A stretch of 64,000 bases of DNA from Acidimicrobiia bacterium. Lineage in GTDB: Bacteria > Actinomycetota > Acidimicrobiia > Actinomarinales > Actinomarinaceae. The notes below the pieces were generated by a model. It made no database searches. It was not told the DNA's origin and saw nothing but the letters and a program-made list of their open reading frames with translations. This document shows positions 22,656-31,746 of the stretch, in pieces; position 1 is the first letter of the stretch; each line of letters opens with the position of its first letter. The stretch is taken from positions 5,029-69,028 of the forward strand of contig JAONAZ010000002.1 of assembly GCA_028376655.1 (NCBI GenBank), read 5' to 3'. The position numbers and the translations under genes are program-made.

Positions 22656-23686
22656 ATTTAGATAAATTAACAGAAGAGTTAATTGCTATCGAATCTGTTA
22701 CGGGTGAAGAAAACAAAATTTTAGATTTTATAGAACAATATTTACATTCTTCAGAATTTACTGGTGAATTAATAAGAAACAAGGGCGGGATAATAGCTCA
22801 TCGTCCCTCAGAAGGTTCAAAGATTGCATTTGTAGGACACGTAGATACTGTACCTATTGACTTAAATCAGCTTCAGATTAATGATTCAAACAAGATTTAT
22901 GGCAGGGGATCAGTCGACATGAAAAGTGGAATTGCAGTCATGTTAGAAGTATTGGCAAAGAATTATCAAAATGTGGTTGCTGTTTTTTATACAGCCGAAG
23001 AAGGTCCAATGGTAAATAATGGACTTGAAGTATTAATGCCAATATTGAAAAAAGATTTTAAGATAGATTTTGCAGTAATACTAGAACCAACTAACGGTGA
23101 AGTTCAGCTAGGTTGCTTAGGCTCTGTGAATGCTGATCTTCAAATAAATGGTAAATCTTCACATTCAGCTCGACCTTGGATGGGTGAAAATCCTATATTA
23201 AAATTATCTGAAGTTATAAATTTTATTCAAAATAATGAAATTGAAGAACACATTATTGACGGGTTGACTTACAAACAAATTATAACAGTCACAACAATTT
23301 CTGGTGGATCCGCCAACAATGTAATTCCTTCACATATAAATTTAAATATTAATTTTAGATTTTTACCTACTCAAAATGAAGTAGAAGCTACCAAATTTAT
23401 AACTGATACATTTTCAAAATATGGCGATATAACAATTAAAAATACTTCAAATGGTGCTTTACCAAATCTTCAATCTCAAAATGTTAAAGATTTTATTAAC
23501 ATTACGGGTGCTGAAGTAACATCAAAACAAGCCTGGACAGATATTGCAAGATTTTCATATGAAAATATTCCTGCGGTTAACTATGGGCCTGGTGACCCTC
23601 TTCTTGCCCATTCTCCAGATGAATTTGTTAATACGAGTCAAATAGTAGAATCATATGAGTCTATCGTTAAGTATTTAGAGGGATAA
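22652..23686 (+). CDS. dapE: Succinyl-diaminopimelate desuccinylase (M20 peptidase)
   Basis: M20 metal-ligand blocks (GHVDTVP, GRGSVDMKSG, EEG). Adjacent to dapD. TTG start overlaps the dapD stop. Confidence 0.8.
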   Translation: MNLDKLTEELIAIESVTGEENKILDFIEQYLHSSEFTGELIRNKGGIIAHRPSEGSKIAFVGHVDTVPIDLNQLQINDSNKIYGRGSVDMKSGIAVMLEVLAKNYQNVVAVFYTAEEGPMVNNGLEVLMPILKKDFKIDFAVILEPTNGEVQLGCLGSVNADLQINGKSSHSARPWMGENPILKLSEVINFIQNNEIEEHIIDGLTYKQIITVTTISGGSANNVIPSHINLNINFRFLPTQNEVEATKFITDTFSKYGDITIKNTSNGALPNLQSQNVKDFINITGAEVTSKQAWTDIARFSYENIPAVNYGPGDPLLAHSPDEFVNTSQIVESYESIVKYLEG

Positions 23687-23689
23687 AGA

Positions 23690-23974
23690 ATGACAGATAA
23701 AATTGATATCAAAAATGTAGCTAAATTAGCTGCACTTAAACTTAACGAAGATGAACAACAACAATTAGAAAAAGATCTCTCAATGATCATTGAACATTTT
23801 GCTGCGTTAAGTGAAATGGATTTACCAGATGATAAGATAAGTATTCATCCACTGGGAATGTCCTTAAACCTTGCTGAAGATATTGCCTCAAAATCTCTAA
23901 CTCACGAAGAAGCTTTAAGAAATGCTCCTGACTCTAAAGATGGTCAATTTGTGGTCCCACCCTCATTGGATTAA
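23690..23974 (+). CDS. gatC: Glu/Asp-tRNA amidotransferase subunit C
   Basis: 94 aa, gatC position and similarity (VAKLAALKLNEDE...). Confidence 0.9.
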   Translation: MTDKIDIKNVAKLAALKLNEDEQQQLEKDLSMIIEHFAALSEMDLPDDKISIHPLGMSLNLAEDIASKSLTHEEALRNAPDSKDGQFVVPPSLD

Positions 23975-23976
23975 TA

Positions 23977-25431
23977 ATGGAAAATCATAAATTATCCATT
24001 TCTAAAATTAATAAACTATTCAAGGATAAAGAATTAAAACCTTCTGAACTCTATGATGAAGTATTCGAAAGAGCAGCTTCTACTGAATCTATTATCCATG
24101 GACACCTAACATTATTTCAAGAAGAAAATATTCAAAAAGCTCTTGAATCAAACACGCGTTATGAAAAAGGAGAACATCTAGGACCCCTTGACGGAATACC
24201 TATTGCAATAAAAGACAATATTAATATTTCAGGCCACGTAACTAGCTGTTCATCAAAAATGCTAGCAAACTATGTTTCACCATATGATGCAACAGTTATT
24301 ACAAAGCTAAAAAAAGAAGGAGTCTTATTTACTGGTAAGACCAATCTAGACGAATTTGCTATGGGTTCATCAACTGAAAATTCGGCGTTTGGTCCAACTA
24401 AAAACCCATGGGATCCCTCAAGGGTACCTGGAGGATCATCGGGTGGTTCTGCAGCAGTTGTTTCAGCTGGTTCAGCAATTGCTTCTTTAGGAAGTGACAC
24501 CGGCGGTTCTATTAGACAACCAGCATCATTTTGTGGTGTTGTTGGTTTTAAGCCAACATATGGGACGGTTTCGAGATATGGGTTAATTGCCTTTGCCTCA
24601 TCATTAGATCAAATTGGTCCAATTACTAATAATGTAGAGGATGCTAAATTAATATTTAATTCTATAAGTGGCCACGATCCAAAGGACGCAACTTCATTAA
24701 TTGCAACAAAAACAGAACAGCCAAATTTAAATAAAGCCAAAATAGGTATTATTAAAGAATTAATGGAAGACGGAATTTCAGAAGATGCTAAAGAAGAGGT
24801 TTATAAGGTTGCTAAATTAATGGAAGCTGAAGGGCATGAAATCGTTGAAGTTTCTCTCCCGTTAACGAAAATGTCAATAAGTATCTATTATCTCATTGCT
24901 CCTGCTGAATGTTCAGCCAACCTTTCTAGGTTTGATGGAGTTCGCTATGGAGCAAGAGTATCAGGTAATACCAGTTCTGAAATGATGGAATTAACCAGAG
25001 CTGAAGGTTTTGGTCCTGAAGTTAAGAAAAGAATTCTTTTGGGAACCTACGCTCTTTCAGCAGGTTATTACGACGCATATTATGGCCAAGCATTAAAAGC
25101 TCGAGCTATGATGAAAAAAGAATTTACTGATATTTATAAGCAAGTTGATTATGTTATATCACCAACTACTCCTTCAGATCCATTTAAATTTGGAGAGAAG
25201 TCCGATAATCAGTTGGAGATGTATATGTCAGACTTATGCACAATCCCTGCAAACCTAGTAGGAATGCCTGCAATTAGTATTCCTACGGGACTATCGTCAC
25301 AGGGACTTCCACTATCTGTTCAAATAATGAGTCCTGCAAATACTGACAATACTTTATTAGATTTTTCACAGACACTTCAATCTCTTGTTTCATTCATAGA
25401 TAAGCCAATTCTCAACCGGACAGAAAAATGA
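23977..25431 (+). CDS. gatA: Glu/Asp-tRNA amidotransferase subunit A
   Basis: Amidase signature GGSSGGSAA...GSDTGGSIRQPA. Confidence 0.95.
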   Translation: MENHKLSISKINKLFKDKELKPSELYDEVFERAASTESIIHGHLTLFQEENIQKALESNTRYEKGEHLGPLDGIPIAIKDNINISGHVTSCSSKMLANYVSPYDATVITKLKKEGVLFTGKTNLDEFAMGSSTENSAFGPTKNPWDPSRVPGGSSGGSAAVVSAGSAIASLGSDTGGSIRQPASFCGVVGFKPTYGTVSRYGLIAFASSLDQIGPITNNVEDAKLIFNSISGHDPKDATSLIATKTEQPNLNKAKIGIIKELMEDGISEDAKEEVYKVAKLMEAEGHEIVEVSLPLTKMSISIYYLIAPAECSANLSRFDGVRYGARVSGNTSSEMMELTRAEGFGPEVKKRILLGTYALSAGYYDAYYGQALKARAMMKKEFTDIYKQVDYVISPTTPSDPFKFGEKSDNQLEMYMSDLCTIPANLVGMPAISIPTGLSSQGLPLSVQIMSPANTDNTLLDFSQTLQSLVSFIDKPILNRTEK

Positions 25432-26873
25432 ACATTATCCCAACAATCGGCATGGAAACTCATGTTGAATTAAAAACAAATTCAAAAATGTTCTGCAGAT
25501 GCTATGTGCTTGATACAGATTTGCCAAATGAAAGCTTGTGTCCAACATGTCTAGGCTTACCAGGGTCACTTCCTGCGCCTAATAAAAAAGCAATAGAGTT
25601 TATAACATTATTAGCTTTAAGCACCAATTGCAGTATTACCAATGAAGGTATGTTTCATAGAAAAAATTATTTCTATCCAGATCTTCCTAAAAACTATCAA
25701 ATTTCACAGTTTGATTTACCAGTAGGAACAGAGGGTTCTCTAGAAATTGTTGTAGATGGAGAATTCGAAACAGTAGAAATTGAAAGAGTTCACATGGAAG
25801 AAGATACAGGTAAAAGTACCCATATTGGTTCAGGTCGAATTGATTCTGCAACTAGTACTCATCTCGACTTTAATCGTGCTGGTATACCCTTAGTAGAAGT
25901 TGTTACTAAACCTTTAATTAAATCCTCAAAGGAGGCAGTAGCGTATATTGAAGAACTTAGACAGTTAGTTATTGATTTAAATATTTCAGAGGGAAAACTT
26001 GAAAAAGGTAACTTAAGATTTGATGCAAATATTTCTGTTGCTTACGAAGGAGATAAAGAATTGGGAACAAAAGTAGAGATTAAAAATATGAACTCTCTTA
26101 AATCTCTTGAAAAAGCTATTGAATATGAAATTTCACGACAAACAAAAATGCTTAAGAGTAAAGAAAATATTATTCAAGAAACAAGACATTGGGATGAGAA
26201 AAAAGAAGTAACTAGCTCAATGAGGTCAAAAGAAGGAAGTGCTGATTATCGTTATTTTTCTGATCCAGATATTCCAAATATGATTTTGAGTGAAGATTTT
26301 GTGAATACAATTAAAGCTACAATACCAGTTCTACCTTCCGAAAAAAGAAAAGTTTTTATGGATAGCGGGTTAAGCATAGAAGATTCCAATAATCTTGGAA
26401 AAAGTTCTAATTGGATAGGAGATTTTTATATCCAAGTTTCAGAGATAACTAAAGATTCTAAAGCATCTTTTAATTTCATAACTGGAGAACTTCAGGGTCA
26501 GTTAAGAAAACTTGAATTATTGTCACTACCTAATTGGGTCACAGCTAAAAACTTAAGTGAAATAATTATTCTTGTTAATAATGATAAAATTTCATTTACC
26601 TCTGCAAAAGAAATTCTTACGAAGTTAATAGAGGAAAAATTGGAACCTGAAGAATATGCGGTAAGTAATAACCTTATTCAAGAAAATGATATTGATGAAA
26701 TAGGCAAAATAGTTTTAGAAGTTATAGATAGTAATGAGGAAGTAATTATCCGTATTTCCGATGGCGAAGATAAACTTATCGGCTTTTTAGTTGGGCAGAT
26801 TATAAAACTTTCCAAAGGCAAAGTGAATCCGTCGGTGGCAAAGGAACTCTTACTTAAAGAGATAAATTCATAA
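25428..26873 (+). CDS. gatB: Glu/Asp-tRNA amidotransferase subunit B
   Basis: GatB blocks (GLETHVEL-like GMETHVELKT, C..CLG.PG, NYFYPDLPK, C-terminal YqeY-like tail). Confidence 0.95.
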   Translation: MNIIPTIGMETHVELKTNSKMFCRCYVLDTDLPNESLCPTCLGLPGSLPAPNKKAIEFITLLALSTNCSITNEGMFHRKNYFYPDLPKNYQISQFDLPVGTEGSLEIVVDGEFETVEIERVHMEEDTGKSTHIGSGRIDSATSTHLDFNRAGIPLVEVVTKPLIKSSKEAVAYIEELRQLVIDLNISEGKLEKGNLRFDANISVAYEGDKELGTKVEIKNMNSLKSLEKAIEYEISRQTKMLKSKENIIQETRHWDEKKEVTSSMRSKEGSADYRYFSDPDIPNMILSEDFVNTIKATIPVLPSEKRKVFMDSGLSIEDSNNLGKSSNWIGDFYIQVSEITKDSKASFNFITGELQGQLRKLELLSLPNWVTAKNLSEIIILVNNDKISFTSAKEILTKLIEEKLEPEEYAVSNNLIQENDIDEIGKIVLEVIDSNEEVIIRISDGEDKLIGFLVGQIIKLSKGKVNPSVAKELLLKEINS

Positions 26874-27315
26874 ACTGACTAACAATTGTTGCCCCAAGTA
26901 ATCCAAATGCGCCTGCAGCTAGGTCATCATAAAGGACACCTTTTTTACCTGGAAGATTTTCCATTTTTGCAACAATACTTGGTACTTTCAAAATGTCAGA
27001 AGCTCTAAATATTAAAAAACCTGTAAGCAGTGGTAATAATTCTGAGGGTGATGCCAAAGATGCAAGGCTCATCCCGACTATTTCGTCTAAGGTTATCCAA
27101 CTTGGGTCATCTTTAGCAGATTCTTCATCCACTGAAGTAAAATAAACTATTGTTAAGAAAATAAAAACAAACAGTAACCAAATTGTTGGTAATTGTAATA
27201 AATAAACAACTAATACAAAAATAAGTGAAGCAAAAGTCCCACCACCTTTTGTATCTGCAAATATTGATTTCCATAATAATCCAGCTCCAAAACCTGAAGC
27301 AATAAAAGTCTTCAT
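26854..27315 (-). CDS. pgpA: Phosphatidylglycerophosphatase A
   Basis: 153 aa membrane protein with PgpA blocks (GFGAG..., DILKVPS..., G.LYDDLAAG). Confidence 0.7.
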   Translation of the reverse strand: MKTFIASGFGAGLLWKSIFADTKGGGTFASLIFVLVVYLLQLPTIWLLFVFIFLTIVYFTSVDEESAKDDPSWITLDEIVGMSLASLASPSELLPLLTGFLIFRASDILKVPSIVAKMENLPGKKGVLYDDLAAGAFGLLGATIVSQFMNLSL

Positions 27316-27377
27316 ATTTGAATATTAGTATTTTTTATGGATTCATTTAATAAAAGGTGTAGTATTTGTAATTAATA

Positions 27378-28292
27378 ATGAAAAAATCTGAATATATTTG
27401 GTTAGATGGTGAGCTTGTCGAGTGGGACGATGCAAATGTTAGTGTCATGACTCACACCCTCCATTATGGTACTGGTGTTTTTGAAGGAATGAGAGCCAGG
27501 GCTACTGATAAAGGTACTTCTATACAATTTTTAAACGAACACGTCGATCGTTTATATAGATCTGCAGAAGCATATAATTTAGAAATTCCGTTTAATAAAA
27601 ATGTTATATCAAATGCAATTAAGGAAATAGTCAAAGTTAATAAACTTAAATCTGCTTATATCAGACCGTTAGTCTTTTTTGGAGATGGCGAAATGGGACT
27701 ATTGCCAAAAGACATACCCGTAAGAGTAGCTATAGCAGCTTGGGAATGGGGAGCATATTTAGGTGAGGATGCTGGTAGTCAAGGAGTTAATGTTTGTATT
27801 TCTGAATGGCAAAGAATTAGTCCTAAGAGCTTTAAACCTTTTGCAAAAGGTGTAGGTGGTTATATGAATTCAACTTTAGCAAAAATAGATGCAGTCAAAG
27901 AAGGTTTTGATGATGCCATTATGTTAAATGATAAGGGTAATGTCGCAGAAGGAAGTGGGCAAAATATTTTTATGTACAAAGACAATCAATTACTAACACC
28001 ACCAATTGAAACTGGTGCGTTAGGCGGAATAACAAGAAAGACAGTTCTCGAAATTGCAAACTATCTAGAAATATCCGTGATAGAAAAAGACTTCACTCCA
28101 ACAGAATTATTATCTTCCGAGGAAATCTTTTTTACAGGTACGGCAACAGAAATAGTCGGTGTAGTTTCTGTAGATTCTAGTCCTATAGGAGATGGTTCAG
28201 TTGGAGAGATAACATCTAAAATCAGAAATAAATACTTAGAAATAGTTAACGGACAAGAAGATAATTTCAAAAATTATATAACATTAATTTAA
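27378..28292 (+). CDS. ilvE: Branched-chain amino acid aminotransferase
   Basis: Class IV aminotransferase blocks (HYGTGVFEGMRA, AYIRPLVF, EGSGQNIF, GITR). Confidence 0.92.
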   Translation: MKKSEYIWLDGELVEWDDANVSVMTHTLHYGTGVFEGMRARATDKGTSIQFLNEHVDRLYRSAEAYNLEIPFNKNVISNAIKEIVKVNKLKSAYIRPLVFFGDGEMGLLPKDIPVRVAIAAWEWGAYLGEDAGSQGVNVCISEWQRISPKSFKPFAKGVGGYMNSTLAKIDAVKEGFDDAIMLNDKGNVAEGSGQNIFMYKDNQLLTPPIETGALGGITRKTVLEIANYLEISVIEKDFTPTELLSSEEIFFTGTATEIVGVVSVDSSPIGDGSVGEITSKIRNKYLEIVNGQEDNFKNYITLI

Positions 28293-28708
28293 TGTCTCAG
28301 GAACCAAATATAAATATAAGCTTTAAAGAAAGTACTCTTGATACAGATCTTCCAGTTCCTAGAAGAATGCCATCTAGGCCAGCAGAATACGTTAACCCCA
28401 ATTTTAGTAGTTATGGAAATGTTGGTCCTGACAGTGGTTTTGCAATGAAAATTGTTAATAAAAATAGTGAGCTGTGGTCTAAGCACGGTAGAAAAAAATT
28501 AATAAGTAATGTAATTCTTAACCTCATATTGTATAGGTCATCTCATTTTGGGAGAGCTCCTATGTCTAAAGATTTTCACTTAGTTCTTGGTTTACTTCGG
28601 ATTACACAAAATAATACTGGAGAACTTACGGATGAGGTTCTTGATGTGTGTTCTAAAGAAAAAATGCAGGGTTTACACTTAAATAAAATATTTAATTTTT
28701 TAACATAG
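28292..28708 (+). CDS. Hypothetical protein
   Basis: 138 aa. The ATG overlaps the ilvE TAA (TAATG). No family recognised. Confidence 0.5.
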   Translation: MSQEPNINISFKESTLDTDLPVPRRMPSRPAEYVNPNFSSYGNVGPDSGFAMKIVNKNSELWSKHGRKKLISNVILNLILYRSSHFGRAPMSKDFHLVLGLLRITQNNTGELTDEVLDVCSKEKMQGLHLNKIFNFLT

Positions 28709-28742
28709 CCCCATAAAACATAGATTCAATAGGGTATTTAAT

Positions 28743-29513
28743 ATGCAAATAGTAAGAGCAAAACATGAAAACGAAATTTTTTATGGAGATTTATACGATG
28801 GTAAAGTTACTAGATATGATGGGTCCCCATTCGTAGTATGGGAAAATACAGAAGAAGTTTATGATCTTGATGAAATTGAACTTCTAGCACCTGTACTACC
28901 TTCAAAAGTTGTAGCTATCGCTAAAAACTATGCAAAGCATGCCGCTGAAATGGGCCTTCCGGAATATAGCGATAACCTGCCAGAAAACCCAATAATATTT
29001 ATTAAACCTTCAACTTCAGTAATAGGTTCAGGACAAAATATTAAATATCCACGTATTGGCGAACATGTAGACATTGAAGCAGAACTAGCCTTAGTAATTT
29101 CAAAAGTTTCTAAAAATATAGACAGAAATAACTGGATGGAACATGTTTTAGGAATAACAATAGCTAATGATTTATCAGAAAGAGTTTTACAAGGAGAAAA
29201 TGGGCACTTTACAAGAGCTAAGGGTTTCGATACTTTTTGTCCCCTTGGCCCATTTATTCAAACTGAATTTGTAGAATCCCCAGAACTTCAAATAAAATCA
29301 TATATAAATGGTGATTTAAAACAAGATGGCAACACAAGAGACATGATGTTTAAAATTGGAGAAATATTGGAATTTATATCTTCCATTATGACTTTATTAC
29401 CAGGTGATGTAATTTTAACAGGAACACCTGAAGGTGTCAGTAAAGTAGAAAGAGGAGACGAAATAAAAATAGAAATCGACACTCTTGGAATTCAAACTAA
29501 TACAGTTGAGTAA
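28743..29513 (+). CDS. Fumarylacetoacetate hydrolase (FAH) family protein
   Basis: FAH-family blocks (NY..HA.E, D.E.EL, GDVI.TGTPEGV). Confidence 0.85.
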   Translation: MQIVRAKHENEIFYGDLYDGKVTRYDGSPFVVWENTEEVYDLDEIELLAPVLPSKVVAIAKNYAKHAAEMGLPEYSDNLPENPIIFIKPSTSVIGSGQNIKYPRIGEHVDIEAELALVISKVSKNIDRNNWMEHVLGITIANDLSERVLQGENGHFTRAKGFDTFCPLGPFIQTEFVESPELQIKSYINGDLKQDGNTRDMMFKIGEILEFISSIMTLLPGDVILTGTPEGVSKVERGDEIKIEIDTLGIQTNTVE

Positions 29514-29516
29514 TAG

Positions 29517-30827
29517 ATGAAATTAAGAATTGCACCATCCCCAACAGGATATTTACACATTGGAAACGCACGAACTGCACTTTTTAACTGGCTTTACGCT
29601 AGAGCTAACAATGGAAAGTTTCTTGTAAGAATAGATGACACAGATACAGCCAGATCCAGCGAAGAATATATGCTCGATATTGTAGAGAATTTTAAATGGC
29701 TTGGTATTGACTGGGATGAGGGGATAGAGGTTGGAGGTCCACACGGAGAATACAAACAATCTTTACGTTTTGATAGGTATAGAGAAGTTGCAGAATCATT
29801 GCTTTCAAGCAATTTAGCTTACGAAGATGAAGGAGCAATACGTTTTAAAGTCCCAAGTGAGAATCAAATAAAATTTGAGGATATAACCCGTGGTGCTATG
29901 AAATTTGAGTTAGATGATGTAGAGGATTTTATTATCTTAAGATCAGATAAATCACCAACTTATCATCTGGCATCAACAGTTGATGATATTGATTATGAAA
30001 TAACAACAATCGCAAGGGGAGAAGACATATTATCATCTACACCGAAACACATCCTCATAATGCAGGCATTAAATGCAGACATTCCATCATTTTGCCATCT
30101 ACCTCTTTTATTTGGTCCTGACGGTAAAAAATTAAGCAAAAGACATGGAGATACATCAGTAAATCTATTTCGAGAACAAGGGCTACTACCAGATGCACTA
30201 TTTAATTACATGTGTCTTCTCGGATGGGCTCCAGGAGATGATCTTGAAATTTTCAGTAAAGAAATTGCTATCTCTAAATTTAATCTTGATGATGTGCTCC
30301 CAAATCCAGCTATATTCGATACCACAAAACTATTGTGGATGAATGGACAATATATTAGAAATATTTCCTATGATAAATTTAACAAATTAGCCGCAGAAAA
30401 AATAACTATTGAAATTAAAAGGGATCTATTCGATAAAGAAAGAGAACGTATTGATAAAATTTTACCATGTGTTCAAGAGAGGCTAGAAACACTCAATGAT
30501 ATAACCCCACAAATTTATTTCCTACTTGATGAACCATTTGAGGTAAACAAAGAAGACTGGGATAGTGTTAATTCCGAAGATGGACAAGAGTACTTGTTTG
30601 CAATAAGAAATAAAATAAAAGATTTGGAAAATTTTTCATTAGAAAATATAGAAAAATTAATGCGTGATGAACTTAAAACTCAAGATATTAAACCTAAAGT
30701 TGGTTTTCAAATAACTCGAGTATCAATTACCGGAACAAAAATTAGTCCTCCACTTTTTGAATCAATTTACTCATTAGGCAAAGATGGTACATTAGCTAGA
30801 CTTGCAGAAACAATTCAAAAATTATAA
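29517..30827 (+). CDS. gltX: Glutamyl-tRNA synthetase (probably non-discriminating)
   Basis: HIGH motif (YLHIGNARTALFNW) and KMSKS motif (KLSKRHG). Short at 436 aa. gatCAB lies in the same window. Confidence 0.93.
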   Translation: MKLRIAPSPTGYLHIGNARTALFNWLYARANNGKFLVRIDDTDTARSSEEYMLDIVENFKWLGIDWDEGIEVGGPHGEYKQSLRFDRYREVAESLLSSNLAYEDEGAIRFKVPSENQIKFEDITRGAMKFELDDVEDFIILRSDKSPTYHLASTVDDIDYEITTIARGEDILSSTPKHILIMQALNADIPSFCHLPLLFGPDGKKLSKRHGDTSVNLFREQGLLPDALFNYMCLLGWAPGDDLEIFSKEIAISKFNLDDVLPNPAIFDTTKLLWMNGQYIRNISYDKFNKLAAEKITIEIKRDLFDKERERIDKILPCVQERLETLNDITPQIYFLLDEPFEVNKEDWDSVNSEDGQEYLFAIRNKIKDLENFSLENIEKLMRDELKTQDIKPKVGFQITRVSITGTKISPPLFESIYSLGKDGTLARLAETIQKL

Positions 30828-30866
30828 CAATTAATAATTAAATTAATATATTCTTAATACTTATAC

Positions 30867-30942
30867 GGCCCCGTCGTCCAGAGGCCTAGGACGCTGGGTT
30901 TTCAACCCAGAAACGCCGGTTCGAATCCGGTCGGGGCTGCCA
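30867..30942 (+). tRNA. tRNA-Glu (anticodon UUC), CCA encoded
   Basis: Hand-folded cloverleaf: acceptor GGCCCCG/CGGGGCT (G1-U72), D stem GTCC/GGAC, anticodon stem CTGGG/CCCAG with loop TTTTCAA, T arm GCCGG-TTCGAAT-CCGGT, discriminator G, then CCA. Confidence 0.9.
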
Positions 30943-30946
30943 TCAT

Positions 30947-31018
30947 TCGGGGATGGTGTAATTGGCAACACAGTGGGTTCTGGTCCCATAGTTGAGGGTT
31001 CAAGTCCTTCTCCCCGAG
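30947..31018 (+). tRNA. tRNA-Gln (anticodon CUG), no encoded CCA
   Basis: Acceptor TCGGGGA/TCCCCGA (U1-A72), anticodon stem GTGGG/CCCAT with loop TTCTGGT, T arm GAGGG-TTCAAGT-CCTTC. Confidence 0.85.
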
Positions 31019-31022
31019 CAGA

Positions 31023-31095
31023 GGCCCCGTCGTCCAGAGGCCTAGGACGCCGCCCTCTCAAGGCTGATACGCCGGTTCGAATCCGGTCGGGGCTG
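31023..31095 (+). tRNA. tRNA-Glu (anticodon CUC), no encoded CCA
   Basis: Identical to the first tRNA-Glu except for the anticodon arm (CCGCC-CTCTCAA-GGCTG, one C-U mismatch) and the variable region. Confidence 0.85.
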
Positions 31096-31103
31096 CTAAT
31101 AAT

Positions 31104-31703
31104 CTATAATTTTTTATACCATCTTGGTTTATTTCTTAGAAATTCTAAATAATCTTCTTCATCGTCAATCTCAAAACTAAATTCTTTATGAAATACACGT
31201 TCATATTCTATTTTGTTTTTAGTAAGTATTTTTGTATGCTCTTCAAAACTCTTCTTTCCGTACTTAAACGTTTCAAACTTTATACTGCCACCAAAAATTG
31301 GTGTTCCGTTATCTTTGCTCGCTGTTATTACAATCTTTTTATTTTCACATAAATTTATCCAAGTTCTTGCAAAATGTTTGGTTATATATGGAAGATCTGC
31401 ATGTACTATTGACCAATATACATATTCTTTATTGAGGCTTAGAAAATGTTTAATTTCAACATTGAGACCATTTTTTCTTGTACTAAAAATATTAATTCCG
31501 TTCAAATTACAAAATGATTCCACGTTCTTATCATTACTTATAACGAACACTTTAGTTTTATCAATAGAAAAAACATTTACCAAATTAAAAATTAAATTTT
31601 TTTGTAAATTAATACGTTTTTCTTTTGAAATAATATTTGATAATCTAGACATAGGATTTTCAAAATCTCTTACTGGAATGCCAATTAAAAAACTTTTCTT
31701 CAT
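31104..31703 (-). CDS. CofC/FbiD-like guanylyltransferase (F420 biosynthesis) / MobA-like nucleotidyltransferase
   Basis: Colinear with my recollection of M. tuberculosis FbiD blocks: IGIPVRDFENPMSRLS, VISND, HADLPYIT, DNGTPI, EIDDEEDY. Confidence 0.55.
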   Translation of the reverse strand: MKKSFLIGIPVRDFENPMSRLSNIISKEKRINLQKNLIFNLVNVFSIDKTKVFVISNDKNVESFCNLNGINIFSTRKNGLNVEIKHFLSLNKEYVYWSIVHADLPYITKHFARTWINLCENKKIVITASKDNGTPIFGGSIKFETFKYGKKSFEEHTKILTKNKIEYERVFHKEFSFEIDDEEDYLEFLRNKPRWYKKL

Positions 31704-31746
31704 AATCTTATTTTTGCCTTACCATGCTATTAGGTTAGTAAGTGAA

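Noticed and set aside
30861-31061. 66-aa minus-strand ORF (MRGRRPRPLDDGAS...)
   Set aside because: It lies entirely antisense to the tRNA-Glu/Gln/Glu array. It stays open only because of the GC-rich tRNA sequence.
31213-31746. 534-nt N-terminal extension of the pyruvate kinase ORF (642-aa version)
   Set aside because: The extension is antisense to the CofC-like gene, gives a low-complexity hydrophobic translation and has no PK similarity. PK similarity starts at MIRKTKIIATVGPS (31747).
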